Shown: positions 19,622 to 29,703, counted from the first letter of the stretch. The stretch is DNA of 32,000 nt from Methanocaldococcus jannaschii DSM 2661 (GCF_000091665.1 NC_000909.1:1056629-1088628), one strand, 5' to 3'. Program-made: numbers and translations. The notes: a model not told the origin generated them from the letters alone.

Positions 19622-21247
19622 TTGGTGATTATCATGGATGAAAAGGCAAAATTAATGAGATGCATCATTGAAAGAATCTTAGATGAATACAACAAAGGAA
19701 AAACCTTGGATAAAAAGAGAATTGAACAGATTAAGGCAGAGTGTTTAAGAATACATAGAATTGGTATTGGGCATCCATCAAACTCTGAGATTTTGCAGTA
19801 TGCAACTGAAGAGGAAAAGAAGATATTAATCCCAATATTAAGAAAGAAGCCTGTCAGGACAATCTCTGGTGTTGCTGTTGTAGCAGTGATGACATCTCCA
19901 GAAAAATGCCCTCATGGAAAATGTATCTTCTGCCCCGGAGGAGTTGGAAGTGTATTTGGAGATGTGCCACAAAGCTACACTGGAAGAGAGCCAGCCACTA
20001 TGAGAGGTTTGATGTTCAACTTCGACCCATATTTACAAACAAAGGCAAGGATTGAGCAGTTGGAAAAGGTAGGGCATCCAACAAATAAAATTGAATTAAT
20101 TATAATGGGAGGAACATTTCCAGCAAGAGATATAGAATATCAAGATTGGTTTATTAAGAGATGCTTAGATGCCATGAATGGCGTTGATGCAAGTAGCTTA
20201 GAGGAAGCCCAAAAGATAAATGAAACTGCAGAACATAGATGCGTAGCTCTCTGTATAGAAACAAGGCCAGATTATTGTGGAGAAAAGGAAATAAATCAGA
20301 TGCTAAAGTTGGGAGCTACAAGGGTAGAGTTGGGAGTTCAAACAATATATAATGAGATTTTAGAATTCTGTAAGAGAGGGCATACAGTTGAAGACACTAT
20401 AAAAGCCACCCAACTATTAAAGGATAGTGGTTTAAAGGTTTCTTATCATCTAATGCCTGGAATGCCTGGCTCAGATATGGAGATGGATAAAAAAATGTTT
20501 AAAGAAATCTTTGAAAACCCAGATTTCAAGCCGGATATGGTTAAAATCTATCCATGTTTGGTTATTGAAGGAACTGAACTCTATGAAATGTGGAAGAGAG
20601 GAGAGTATAAACCATACAGAGAGGAAGAGGCAATAGAGATAATTAGCTATGCAAAATCAATAATGCCAAAATGGGTTAGAACTTCAAGGATTCAGAGGGA
20701 CATTCCAGCTACTGTGATAGTTGATGGAGTTAAGAAGAGTAATTTGGGAGAGTTGGTTTATAAATACATGGAAAAGCATGGAATTAAATGTAAGTGTATA
20801 AGATGCAGAGAAGTTGGACATGTCATGTATAAAAAAGGAATAATGCCGGATATTGAGCATATAAAACTATGCAGAGAAGAATATGAGGCAAGTGGAGGAA
20901 CTGAGATATTCCTATCCTATGAAGATGTGAAAAACGATATCTTGATAGCATTTTTAAGATTGAGAGAGCCTTATAAACCATTTAGAAAAGAGATTGACGA
21001 TAACACAATGTTAGTTAGGCAACTCCATGTCTGTGGGCAAGAAAAACCATTAACTAAGGATTTGAAAGAAATAACTTGGCAACATAAAGGTTATGGAAGA
21101 AAACTTTTAGAAGAGGCAGAGAGAATAGCCAAAGAAGAATTTGGAAAGAAAAAGATTTTGGTGACAAGTGGTATTGGAGTTAGAGAATATTATAGAAAGT
21201 TAGGATATGAAAGAGTTGGGGCCTATATGGGTAAATACTTAGAATAG
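19622..21247 (+). CDS. elp3: Elp3-family tRNA U34 acyltransferase (radical SAM plus GNAT)
   Basis: CPHGKCIFCPGG radical SAM Cys cluster; MGGTFPARD; C-terminal acetyltransferase QHKGYGRKLLEEAERIA...GVREYYRKLGYERVG. Confidence 0.96.
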   Translation: MVIIMDEKAKLMRCIIERILDEYNKGKTLDKKRIEQIKAECLRIHRIGIGHPSNSEILQYATEEEKKILIPILRKKPVRTISGVAVVAVMTSPEKCPHGKCIFCPGGVGSVFGDVPQSYTGREPATMRGLMFNFDPYLQTKARIEQLEKVGHPTNKIELIIMGGTFPARDIEYQDWFIKRCLDAMNGVDASSLEEAQKINETAEHRCVALCIETRPDYCGEKEINQMLKLGATRVELGVQTIYNEILEFCKRGHTVEDTIKATQLLKDSGLKVSYHLMPGMPGSDMEMDKKMFKEIFENPDFKPDMVKIYPCLVIEGTELYEMWKRGEYKPYREEEAIEIISYAKSIMPKWVRTSRIQRDIPATVIVDGVKKSNLGELVYKYMEKHGIKCKCIRCREVGHVMYKKGIMPDIEHIKLCREEYEASGGTEIFLSYEDVKNDILIAFLRLREPYKPFRKEIDDNTMLVRQLHVCGQEKPLTKDLKEITWQHKGYGRKLLEEAERIAKEEFGKKKILVTSGIGVREYYRKLGYERVGAYMGKYLE

Positions 21248-21338
21248 GACTTTCGCAGTTTATATGTTAAACTTTGGAACTTAGACACCTTTAGGGTGTC
21301 ATTATGCAATAAATAATTATTCCTGCGAAAGTCCTATT
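21243..21338. repeat. Palindromic intergenic element, copy B (inverted relative to copy A)
   Basis: Perfect 15-bp inverted repeat aataggactttcgca (21243-21257)/tgcgaaagtcctatt (21324-21338); central gacacc(tttag)ggtgtc (21284-21300). Flanked by a direct repeat ttagaat (21239-21245 and 21337-21343). Confidence 0.85.
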
Positions 21339-21341
21339 AGA

Positions 21342-21448
21342 ATAATCAATCATCAAATCTTGTAATAATGAATAAGGTATTTATAAAAAGCCTTTGGCTT
21401 TTATATAAAGTTCATTAGAGAACAGATATTTATTTGATGATTGATTAT
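21342..21448. repeat. Second, different palindromic element abutting copy B
   Basis: 17-bp perfect inverted repeat ataatcaatcatcaaat (21342-21358)/atttgatgattgattat (21432-21448); central aaaagcc(ttt)ggctttt (21386-21402). Confidence 0.75.
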
Positions 21449-21976
21449 AAATGCCACAATAAAAGGAAGATAGAGATTGTCATCTATTCTTATTTTCTTA
21501 CTTACAAATTCAATAAATGCTGAGATTAAAGCTACGAAAATCCCATAAGTTCCATAAAATGGATATAAAATTAATGAGGCAGAGATAAAAAATGCTAAAA
21601 ATCCCTCAACCGTTTTTCCAAAGTATTTTATTTTTAATTTTCCTCTAATGCCTATTATAGTAGCTAAAGAATCCCCAACAGCAAATACCAAGATGCCAAA
21701 AAATACAGCTTTTATATCATCAATTAAAATTAATGAGATTAACATACCAATAGCAAAGTATATCGCTCCTTTTCCATCCTCTTTTTCTCTTTTACAGAGA
21801 TTTAATAAATCTGATACTATTGGTATGTAATATCTTTTACATAAAAAATATAGGCAGATACCAATAACTATACTAACAATTAATGGAATTATTAATTGTT
21901 TTTTAAATATTAAAACTGAAAATGCTATTAAAACTCCAAAAACTAAATGGATTGTTTGTCTATAAATCTCTCTCAA
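21401..21976 (-). CDS. Dolichol kinase/CTP-dependent lipid kinase-like integral membrane protein
   Basis: REIYRQTIHLVFG N-terminus; GILVFAVGDSLATIIGIRGKLKI...GKTVEGFLAFF, as in SEC59/DGK1/VTE5-type proteins. Confidence 0.78.
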   Translation of the reverse strand: MREIYRQTIHLVFGVLIAFSVLIFKKQLIIPLIVSIVIGICLYFLCKRYYIPIVSDLLNLCKREKEDGKGAIYFAIGMLISLILIDDIKAVFFGILVFAVGDSLATIIGIRGKLKIKYFGKTVEGFLAFFISASLILYPFYGTYGIFVALISAFIEFVSKKIRIDDNLYLPFIVAFIINHQINICSLMNFI

Positions 21977-22062
21977 AGTTTCAACCTTTTTAGTTTATAT
22001 TTAATATTGTTGTGAAAAGATATTAATATGTTTTATAACAAAAATGAATATTTGGTGATATT

Positions 22063-22587
22063 ATGAAGAGTGTCAAAAAACTCCTCCTATTAGCTTTTGC
22101 CGTATGTTTGGCAGTGGGTTTTTCTGGATGTTTGGAGCAGCCAAAGATTGAAGTAGTTGGGCAGAAAATTCAAAAAGTAGATGCAGATAACACAAAGATA
22201 GAAATTCAAGTGTTGGTTGATAATCCAAATCCTATTGGTATTAGCATAGATAAAATTTCATTTGATATTTATGCTTTAGTTGGTGGAGATAAGATATATT
22301 TAGGACACGGAGAGCAGAGTAACATTAAAATAACCTCTGGAAATACTACTTTCACTTTGCCAGTAACAATATCTAATAAAAAACTTGTTGAAGTAGCTTT
22401 AAAAGAAAAAAGCACAAAAATCCCTATTGAGATTAAGGGAGATATAGCAGTTAATTTATTCATAACAAAAGTAAATATTCCAATAGATATTCAGCAAGAG
22501 ATAGATGTTTCTGCAATAGCAAAAGAAGAGGTGTTAAATCAATTAAATAATTTAAATCCTAACCAAATACAATCAATAGCACAGTAA
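22063..22587 (+). CDS. LEA14-like (water stress/hypersensitive response domain) lipoprotein
   Basis: Signal peptide with lipobox-like GFSGC; LVDNPNPIGISIDKISFDIYA LEA_2 motif. Confidence 0.82.
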   Translation: MKSVKKLLLLAFAVCLAVGFSGCLEQPKIEVVGQKIQKVDADNTKIEIQVLVDNPNPIGISIDKISFDIYALVGGDKIYLGHGEQSNIKITSGNTTFTLPVTISNKKLVEVALKEKSTKIPIEIKGDIAVNLFITKVNIPIDIQQEIDVSAIAKEEVLNQLNNLNPNQIQSIAQ

Positions 22588-22590
22588 TTT

Positions 22591-22690
22591 TATAACTTTT
22601 TGCAGATATTTAGATATATAATGCACTGATGAACGCCTTTAGGGCGTTCAAATATCATTTTTAATTTTTAATAATCGTAAAAAACTATAA
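22591..22690. repeat. Palindromic intergenic element, copy E (degenerate ends)
   Basis: Central tgaacgcc(tttag)ggcgttca (22630-22650) shares its tip with copies B and D; degenerate ends tataactttttgca/cgtaaaaaactata. Confidence 0.6.
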
Positions 22691-22701
22691 TTATTCTTTT
22701 T

Positions 22702-23400
22702 TCATTCTTTTTCTTCTTTTATAATTTCCACTCCATATCTAACAACATTATCTCTCATCAAATAATCCCTAAAATCACATATCTTATAGGCAGTTTCCAT
22801 AATCTTTTTTGCATACAACGGCTCAACCAACGTATTTAAAAAAGCTCTTAAATCATAAGGATTTTTTATCTGATATTTATTTTCAGCATCTGTAGATATA
22901 ACAACAGGCACATCAAACTTCTTAGCCAATTTTAAGTTGTTTCTAAAAAATAGCAAAGTTCTTGCCCTTTCATAGCCATCTTTATTTAAAAGAGTCTTAA
23001 AATTGAGTTCAATAGCAACTCTATGATTTGATGCCAATCTTGCCAATACATGGTCTATTCCACTATCTTTCCTTCCAAGTTCAGGAGTTGATAATATATC
23101 AACATCATGCAACTCAACTGCAGCCCTATTTATCTTTAAAACCCCTCCTTCAATCAATATAATGTGGCATTTATTTCTAAACTTTTTTACCTTATCCCTT
23201 AGTTGTTTAGAACTTTCTGTCTTTATTTTAACTCCAGAATATACCTTTAATTTATAACTCTCAGCTATTGCTTTAACCTCTTCATATCTATCTTTGCTGA
23301 ATTCATCATCATACTGATAAAAAACAAATCCATTCCATTTCAGTTCTTTAAGTAATTTTATATCCTCTTCCTTTTCTATTCTGTTTATATCGATTCTCAT
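22702..23400 (-). CDS. rnp3: Ribonuclease P protein component 3 (Rpp30)
   Basis: MRIDINRIEKEEDIKLLKELKWNGFVFY...VDILSTPELGRKDSGIDHVLARLASNHRVAIELNF. Confidence 0.88.
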   Translation of the reverse strand: MRIDINRIEKEEDIKLLKELKWNGFVFYQYDDEFSKDRYEEVKAIAESYKLKVYSGVKIKTESSKQLRDKVKKFRNKCHIILIEGGVLKINRAAVELHDVDILSTPELGRKDSGIDHVLARLASNHRVAIELNFKTLLNKDGYERARTLLFFRNNLKLAKKFDVPVVISTDAENKYQIKNPYDLRAFLNTLVEPLYAKKIMETAYKICDFRDYLMRDNVVRYGVEIIKEEKE

Positions 23401-23414
23401 GTTATCACAAAATT

Positions 23415-24188
23415 TTATTTAAATCTAACAACTTTGCTCTTATCTTTTTTATATATTCCAACTGCATCTATACTATTTTCCAATATTGCAAACGTAACAT
23501 CTTTCTCATAACCAAGATTCTTTAAATTCTCTGCAGATGACGAATTTAAAATCAAAGACATCCAATCATGTTTAGTTAATTCTAAAGCAGCCTTGATAAA
23601 TTCATCAAACTCTCCATTTAGATATTTAGCTATAACTCCACATCCAATAAAGTCATCTATTGCAAAGTTATTTTCTCTATGGCAGGGGACTAAGCTCACA
23701 TCTTCAAAATCTTCAACCGCCTTAGCAACATACTTTGCATTAACAATTGCCCCTATAAAAATATGCTCAGCATCTAAGCTTTTTAAAACCCTCGTTCCAT
23801 TTGTGGTTGTTAAAATCACCTTTTCTCCATTTTCATATCTTTCTTTTATAATATCTTTATTTGCTAAAATCTCAGTTGGGGAGTTTCCAAAATCAAATCC
23901 TTCTATCTTTCTTCCTTTTCTCTCTCCAATGTATATGGCATTTTCTTTTTTAGATGTTGATGTAGTTATATATACTTCATCTATAAATGATAGGAGTGTT
24001 GTTATTGTAGTAGATGCCCTTAAAACATCAACCACTATAGCTACATTTCCACATTTATATTCAGTAAATCTGTTACATAGAGTTATCATGCTATCAACCA
24101 TTTTAATTTTTATAAATTTTTGGAATATCTGAGGTGATAAGCATCTTAGGATTAGATGGATTTTTACAACTTGTTGGAATGATAACAA
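23415..24188 (-). CDS. comB: 2-phosphosulfolactate phosphatase (coenzyme M biosynthesis)
   Basis: AIVVDVLRASTTITTLLS, LTTTNGTRVL, PCHRENNFAIDDFIGCG. Track start is probably too long; a start near 24101 (MVDSMITLC) removes the overlap with the divergent gene. Confidence 0.9.
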   Translation of the reverse strand: MLSFQQVVKIHLILRCLSPQIFQKFIKIKMVDSMITLCNRFTEYKCGNVAIVVDVLRASTTITTLLSFIDEVYITTSTSKKENAIYIGERKGRKIEGFDFGNSPTEILANKDIIKERYENGEKVILTTTNGTRVLKSLDAEHIFIGAIVNAKYVAKAVEDFEDVSLVPCHRENNFAIDDFIGCGVIAKYLNGEFDEFIKAALELTKHDWMSLILNSSSAENLKNLGYEKDVTFAILENSIDAVGIYKKDKSKVVRFK

Positions 24189-24778
24189 TAGCTATATTTG
24201 CACTGGCATTTATATCATTCATCCTAATTTTAATCATTAGCTATATATTACTAAAAAAGAATAAATTGATATTCCCAAGCTTGGCTTTATTTTTGATGGA
24301 TAACCTCTATTCAATACTATTGAAGATATTCCTCCTTATAGGAACTGAAGACACATTTTATAGGGTAGGTATAGAGTTCTACAATAAATATTATGAGGAT
24401 AGATTTAAAAAAGCTAAGAAGAGAGTTTTAATATTGCCCCATTGCCTCAGAGATACAAAATGCCCAGCTAAGCTAACGCCAAAGGGTGTTGAATGTATAT
24501 TTTGCAATAGATGTAGAGTAGGGGAAATTATAAAAGTTGCTGAAGAAAAGGGGTATAAAGTTTATATAGTTCCTGGTTCTACGTTTTTAAAGAGAATTTT
24601 AAAGGAAGAGAAGCCAGAAGCCGTTTTCGGTGTCGCATGCAATAGGGATTTATTCTATGGGATGAACATGTTATCAAGAAAAGGTATTCCTTCACAAGGA
24701 CAACCTTTATTAAGGGATGGTTGTATAAATACTTTGGTCGATGTTGATGAACTAATTACAAGATTAAAATCATTATAA
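24134..24778 (+). CDS. DUF116 family membrane protein
   Basis: N-terminal TM helices; LPHCLRDTKCPAKLTPKGVECIFCNRCRVGEI Cys-rich region; GVACNRDLFYGMNM. Confidence 0.8.
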   Translation: MISILGLDGFLQLVGMITIAIFALAFISFILILIISYILLKKNKLIFPSLALFLMDNLYSILLKIFLLIGTEDTFYRVGIEFYNKYYEDRFKKAKKRVLILPHCLRDTKCPAKLTPKGVECIFCNRCRVGEIIKVAEEKGYKVYIVPGSTFLKRILKEEKPEAVFGVACNRDLFYGMNMLSRKGIPSQGQPLLRDGCINTLVDVDELITRLKSL

Positions 24779-24798
24779 TAATAAGAGGGTGAAAATAA

Positions 24799-25848
<1,050 letters not shown>

Positions 25849-25890
25849 ATTATTTTTAATTTTTAATTTTTCTTTTTAACTGAGGGTATA

Positions 25891-26976
25891 ATGACAATAA
25901 CTCAAATGATAAGTGAGATTTTAATGCACAATACTGTATATAATTATATTCTGTCTCTAATCTCAATTATTTTATTTATTGTTATTGGGAAATATGCAAA
26001 TGCACTTATCGAAAGACTTGCAGATAAATTGCATAAAAAGAGCGGTATAGAATTGGATGAACTTCTAATTAGGGCTTTATCTCTACCTGTAGCAATAGCA
26101 ATAATATTATCTGGATTTTACTTTGGAGTAAATTTTCTGTATCTTCTCCCCTCATTAAAAACAGCAGTAAATGAAGGGATTTTAACTGCCTTTATATTGT
26201 GTGTTGTTGTATTTTTTGACAGATTTCTTAATGAACTTGTAGAAAGGTATTTAGCCCTAACAATATCAAAAAAGACAAAAAAAGATGTTGATGACCAAAT
26301 TGTTGTTTTAACCAAAAAGCTCGTTAGATTAGTTGTGTGGGTTGTTGGATTGTTGTTAATTTTGAGCAATCTTGGGTATGATATAAAAACTTTACTTGCT
26401 GGTTTGGGTATTGGTGGTTTAGCTGTGGCTTTAGCGTCTCAAAATCTTGTTTCTAATTTAATCGCTGGTTTGATAATTTTAACTGATAAACCATTTAAGA
26501 TTGGAAATTGGATAACTTTCAGTGGTGGTAGTGGAATTGTTGAAGATATTGGAATAAGAAGCACAAAGATAAGGGCAACAGACAACTCAATAATCGTAGT
26601 TCCAAACTCAAAACTTATAGATGAAATTATTCAAAATGTTCCATCTAAAAATAAGTGGAAGGTTTCAACAACTATAGGAGTAACTTATAATACACCAGTT
26701 GAAAAAATAAGGAAGGCAGAGGAAATTATAAAAAATATCCTCTTAGAACATCCAAATGTAGAGGATGAACCAATAACAGTTTATTTTAAGGAATTTGGAG
26801 ATTGGAGTCTAAATATCCAAGTAGTTTATTATATTAAAAACAGCAGATATAATGGTTATCAAAAGTATATTAGCACGATAAATGAAGTTAATTTGAAAAT
26901 AAAAGAGGAATTTGATAGAAAAGGAATTGAATTTGCATTCCCAACTTATACATTATATTTAAAAAGAGACGATTAA
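25891..26976 (+). CDS. MscS-family mechanosensitive ion channel
   Basis: Five N-terminal hydrophobic segments; LLAGLGIGGLAVALASQNLVSNLIAGLIILTDKPFKIGNWI TM3/beta-domain signature. I recall this as MscMJLR-like. Confidence 0.92.
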   Translation: MTITQMISEILMHNTVYNYILSLISIILFIVIGKYANALIERLADKLHKKSGIELDELLIRALSLPVAIAIILSGFYFGVNFLYLLPSLKTAVNEGILTAFILCVVVFFDRFLNELVERYLALTISKKTKKDVDDQIVVLTKKLVRLVVWVVGLLLILSNLGYDIKTLLAGLGIGGLAVALASQNLVSNLIAGLIILTDKPFKIGNWITFSGGSGIVEDIGIRSTKIRATDNSIIVVPNSKLIDEIIQNVPSKNKWKVSTTIGVTYNTPVEKIRKAEEIIKNILLEHPNVEDEPITVYFKEFGDWSLNIQVVYYIKNSRYNGYQKYISTINEVNLKIKEEFDRKGIEFAFPTYTLYLKRDD

Positions 26977-27944
26977 AGATTTTCAGTAGCTATTGCTACA
27001 GTAACCCCATTTCTCTTAAACTTTTTTAATATCAATTTTATGCTATCAAAATCTTTATTTGTTAATTTTTTGACAGCTAATATTGATGCTGGCTCAGAAA
27101 CTCCATAAACTCCTAAGTGCTTATATACAAACTCTGACTTTTCCAAATCTATTTTTTCATAAATTTCATTAATTTCTTCTCTTTTAAAAATAATTAGGGG
27201 TTTTTTAAATTTATTTACTGTTTCTAAAATTCCTCTTTCATGCTTTTTGTCTTCTATTGTGGCAAAGGCATCCACTCTCCAAACTGGAATATTTCTCAAA
27301 AATAAAGCTTTTTTTACCGCCCAATATACTTTATATCTTTCAATGCCTTTTCTCGCTCCTAAGCCAACAGCTATTTTTAAAGGTTTTAATCTTATGGAGT
27401 CATCAACCACAACCTCATACTTATCATGATAGCTAATTTTATAGCCATTCAAATTTCTTAATTTCCAATACTTTGGAAGGGTTAAGCTAACATCTTCCTC
27501 CAAAATCTTCTTATTTATATCTAAAATATGTTTTCTCTTAGGAGTTTCTAAAAATAGCATCTTGGAGAGTTCATCAATGCCAACTTTACCATTGACATCT
27601 GTTGCAGTTGTAAAAATAACTCTACCATTGATATTGTTAGCTATTAATTTGGAAAAATAATTTCCTCCACCTAAATGGTTTGATAGTATAGGGATGAGCT
27701 CTTTATTTTCATTGCAAATAATAACAAAAGGGTCTTTAAATTTATCATTTTTAATCTCATCCAAAAATTTTCTCAAAACTATTCCAGTTGCCATTATAAA
27801 TATAAAGCCCCCCTCATTTCTCTCTATCTTAAAATCTTTTATAGGCTCTACTTTATTATCATAGTGGTAATAATCTAAAACATCTTTAATTTCTTCAGCT
27901 ATTTTTTTTCCTCTCTTTGTAATATATACAATTTTAATCATCAT
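26973..27944 (-). CDS. cbiG: Cobalt-precorrin 5A hydrolase
   Basis: IFIMATGIVLRKFL, LSNHLGGGNYFSKLIA, VGLGARKGIERYKVYWAV, LGVYGVSEPASILA. Confidence 0.88.
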   Translation of the reverse strand: MMIKIVYITKRGKKIAEEIKDVLDYYHYDNKVEPIKDFKIERNEGGFIFIMATGIVLRKFLDEIKNDKFKDPFVIICNENKELIPILSNHLGGGNYFSKLIANNINGRVIFTTATDVNGKVGIDELSKMLFLETPKRKHILDINKKILEEDVSLTLPKYWKLRNLNGYKISYHDKYEVVVDDSIRLKPLKIAVGLGARKGIERYKVYWAVKKALFLRNIPVWRVDAFATIEDKKHERGILETVNKFKKPLIIFKREEINEIYEKIDLEKSEFVYKHLGVYGVSEPASILAVKKLTNKDFDSIKLILKKFKRNGVTVAIATENL

Positions 27945-27990
27945 GAATCACACAAAAGTTTTTATTTAAGTTAATTAATAATATTATTTT

Positions 27991-28245
27991 ATGAGGTGGA
28001 TATTTATGGGATTAGAGCATATAATTTTATTGATATTAATAATTATAGTGGGGATTTTATTCTTTAAATTAACCTTTAAAATATTAAGATACTTAGCAAT
28101 AAATACAATTGTTGGTTTGATTTTGGTAGGAATTTTAAATTTCCTTGGAATTACACATATACACTTGAATTTAATAAACTTATTGATAATAGCAGTCGGA
28201 GGGATTATAGGAGTATTTATCTTAATTTTGCTTTCAATTTTATAA
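27991..28245 (+). CDS. Small BofA-like membrane protein
   Basis: 84 aa; NTIVGLILVGILNFLGITHIHLNLINLLIIAVGGIIGVFILILLSI resembles the pro-sigmaK processing inhibitor BofA family pattern. Confidence 0.6.
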   Translation: MRWIFMGLEHIILLILIIIVGILFFKLTFKILRYLAINTIVGLILVGILNFLGITHIHLNLINLLIIAVGGIIGVFILILLSIL

Positions 28246-28283
28246 CTTAAAAAATTTTCCTTAAAAAAGACGTAATAGGATAC

Positions 28284-28481
28284 TTAAGCCTTCATTGAAG
28301 ACTTATAAGCTTGACAAGCCCAGTAATCTAAAACGTCTCTTATTGATTTTAAATTCTTTTCCTTTCTTTTTTTAATCCTTGCCATGTTTCTTAATATTTT
28401 TAATGTCCTTTCAATTTCATCCTCACTCATTAAGGTGGCGTCCATTAATAAGCTTATAGCTTTCCTATCTATGTCGTCCAT
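28284..28481 (-). CDS. Small conserved hypothetical protein (65 aa, charged helical)
   Basis: Good Shine-Dalgarno-like AGGTGG immediately upstream; compact ORF in an intergenic slot. Confidence 0.6.
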
Positions 28482-28493
28482 AATACCACCTGT

Positions 28494-28519
28494 TAATACT
28501 AAAATTTAGATTAGTATTA
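28494..28519. promoter_or_regulatory. Inverted repeat upstream of the 28284-28481 gene (possible operator or 5'UTR hairpin)
   Basis: taatacta (28494-28501)/tagtatta (28512-28519), perfect 8 bp, just upstream of the ribosome-binding site. Confidence 0.35.
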
Positions 28520-28671
28520 TGATATATAAGACTTTCGGTTAAGAGTATGAAGATAACACTTTCTTTTTAATTAAAAGTTATTTTACTAATATTAAAAATT
28601 TTTGTAGTATTATAGACTCAAATATTTAGAGTCATAAATATAATGTAAAAATAAAAAAGAAAAAATTAGAT

Positions 28672-29703
28672 TTATTGGATACCCATAGCTTTATTTGTCT
28701 TTTCAATTGATTTGAAGTTATCTTCTTCCATCTGAAGCATTGCCCTAATACAATCAATATTTTCAGGAATAACTATACTTTCTTGATGAACCGCCTGCAT
28801 TAAGAATATTTCATTTTCTAAAACATTAATGCTTTCTTCCCAGACAACAAGCTCGTTTATGTCATATCTTAACCTGCCTAAATCTCTTCCATATTCAATT
28901 ATTTTAGCTGTTGAACTAAATCCATCTTCAGCTCTAACAGTTATAATTCTTGGAGTTTTTTTGATAGCTTCTAAAATATCATCTCTGCTAACATCTCCAT
29001 CAACTTCAACCATTAAAGTGTGCATATGCATTAATGTTGTTGGAACGATAACAGCTGAAGTTAAAATCTTTCCCTCAAACTCTGGGACAACTGAAACAAC
29101 ATCAGGGCCATGATGGGAAGGAACTGTAACTGGGTTTGGTGTTATAGCATTTACTGGCCCTGTTTTGTCGTCATTTGGGTCTGCCGCTCTTCTAACTAAC
29201 ACGATTCTTGCCTTCTTTATATCTGCAATTGAATTTATAGCATATAATATCCTACACAAACCTGTTGTGTTACATGAAACAACTCTTACATAATCTTTTC
29301 CATAGCATCTGTTGTAGCTCCACAAAGCGTTGAAGTTATCTTCAACATCTTTTGCTTTTTCTCCCCCTTGCAATATAGCTTTAACTTTGTGAGGTTTGTA
29401 GATATTTTCTAAGTTTTGCTTTCCAATCTTCTTAGGAGCTCCATCAACAACTATGTCAGCATCTTCTATAATGTCCAATATAGTCCCCTCAACTGGAATT
29501 CCTGCATCTTCAAATAATTTAACCCTCTCATTATCTGGAATTGCTACAAACAACTTGTAGCCCTTCTCAACGGCTAATCTTGCCTCAAAATCTGGCTTTG
29601 TCTTTGTAACTCCTATAACTTCCATATCATCCTGCATTGAAACTGCATCGGCTACTCTCTTCCCAATTGAACCATATCCATTTATCAATACTTTTGCTGG
29701 CAT
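28672..29703 (-). CDS. gap: Glyceraldehyde-3-phosphate dehydrogenase, archaeal type II
   Basis: [17 protein letters not shown]; [16 protein letters not shown] catalytic Cys; [17 protein letters not shown]; VPSHHGPDV. Confidence 0.96.

Noticed and set aside
19476-21448. elp3 bounded by inverted repeats as a composite transposon or a CRISPR/defence-like cassette
   Set aside because: No transposase, integrase or cas-like gene inside; elp3 is a conserved housekeeping gene and related elements occur elsewhere in the window without it.
23593-24132. 179-aa plus-strand ORF opposite comB
   Set aside because: Antisense to conserved ComB motifs; no recognisable domain.
28617-28635. gactc...gagtc near the end of gap as terminator
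   Set aside because: Only 5 bp stem in AT-rich DNA; expected often by chance.
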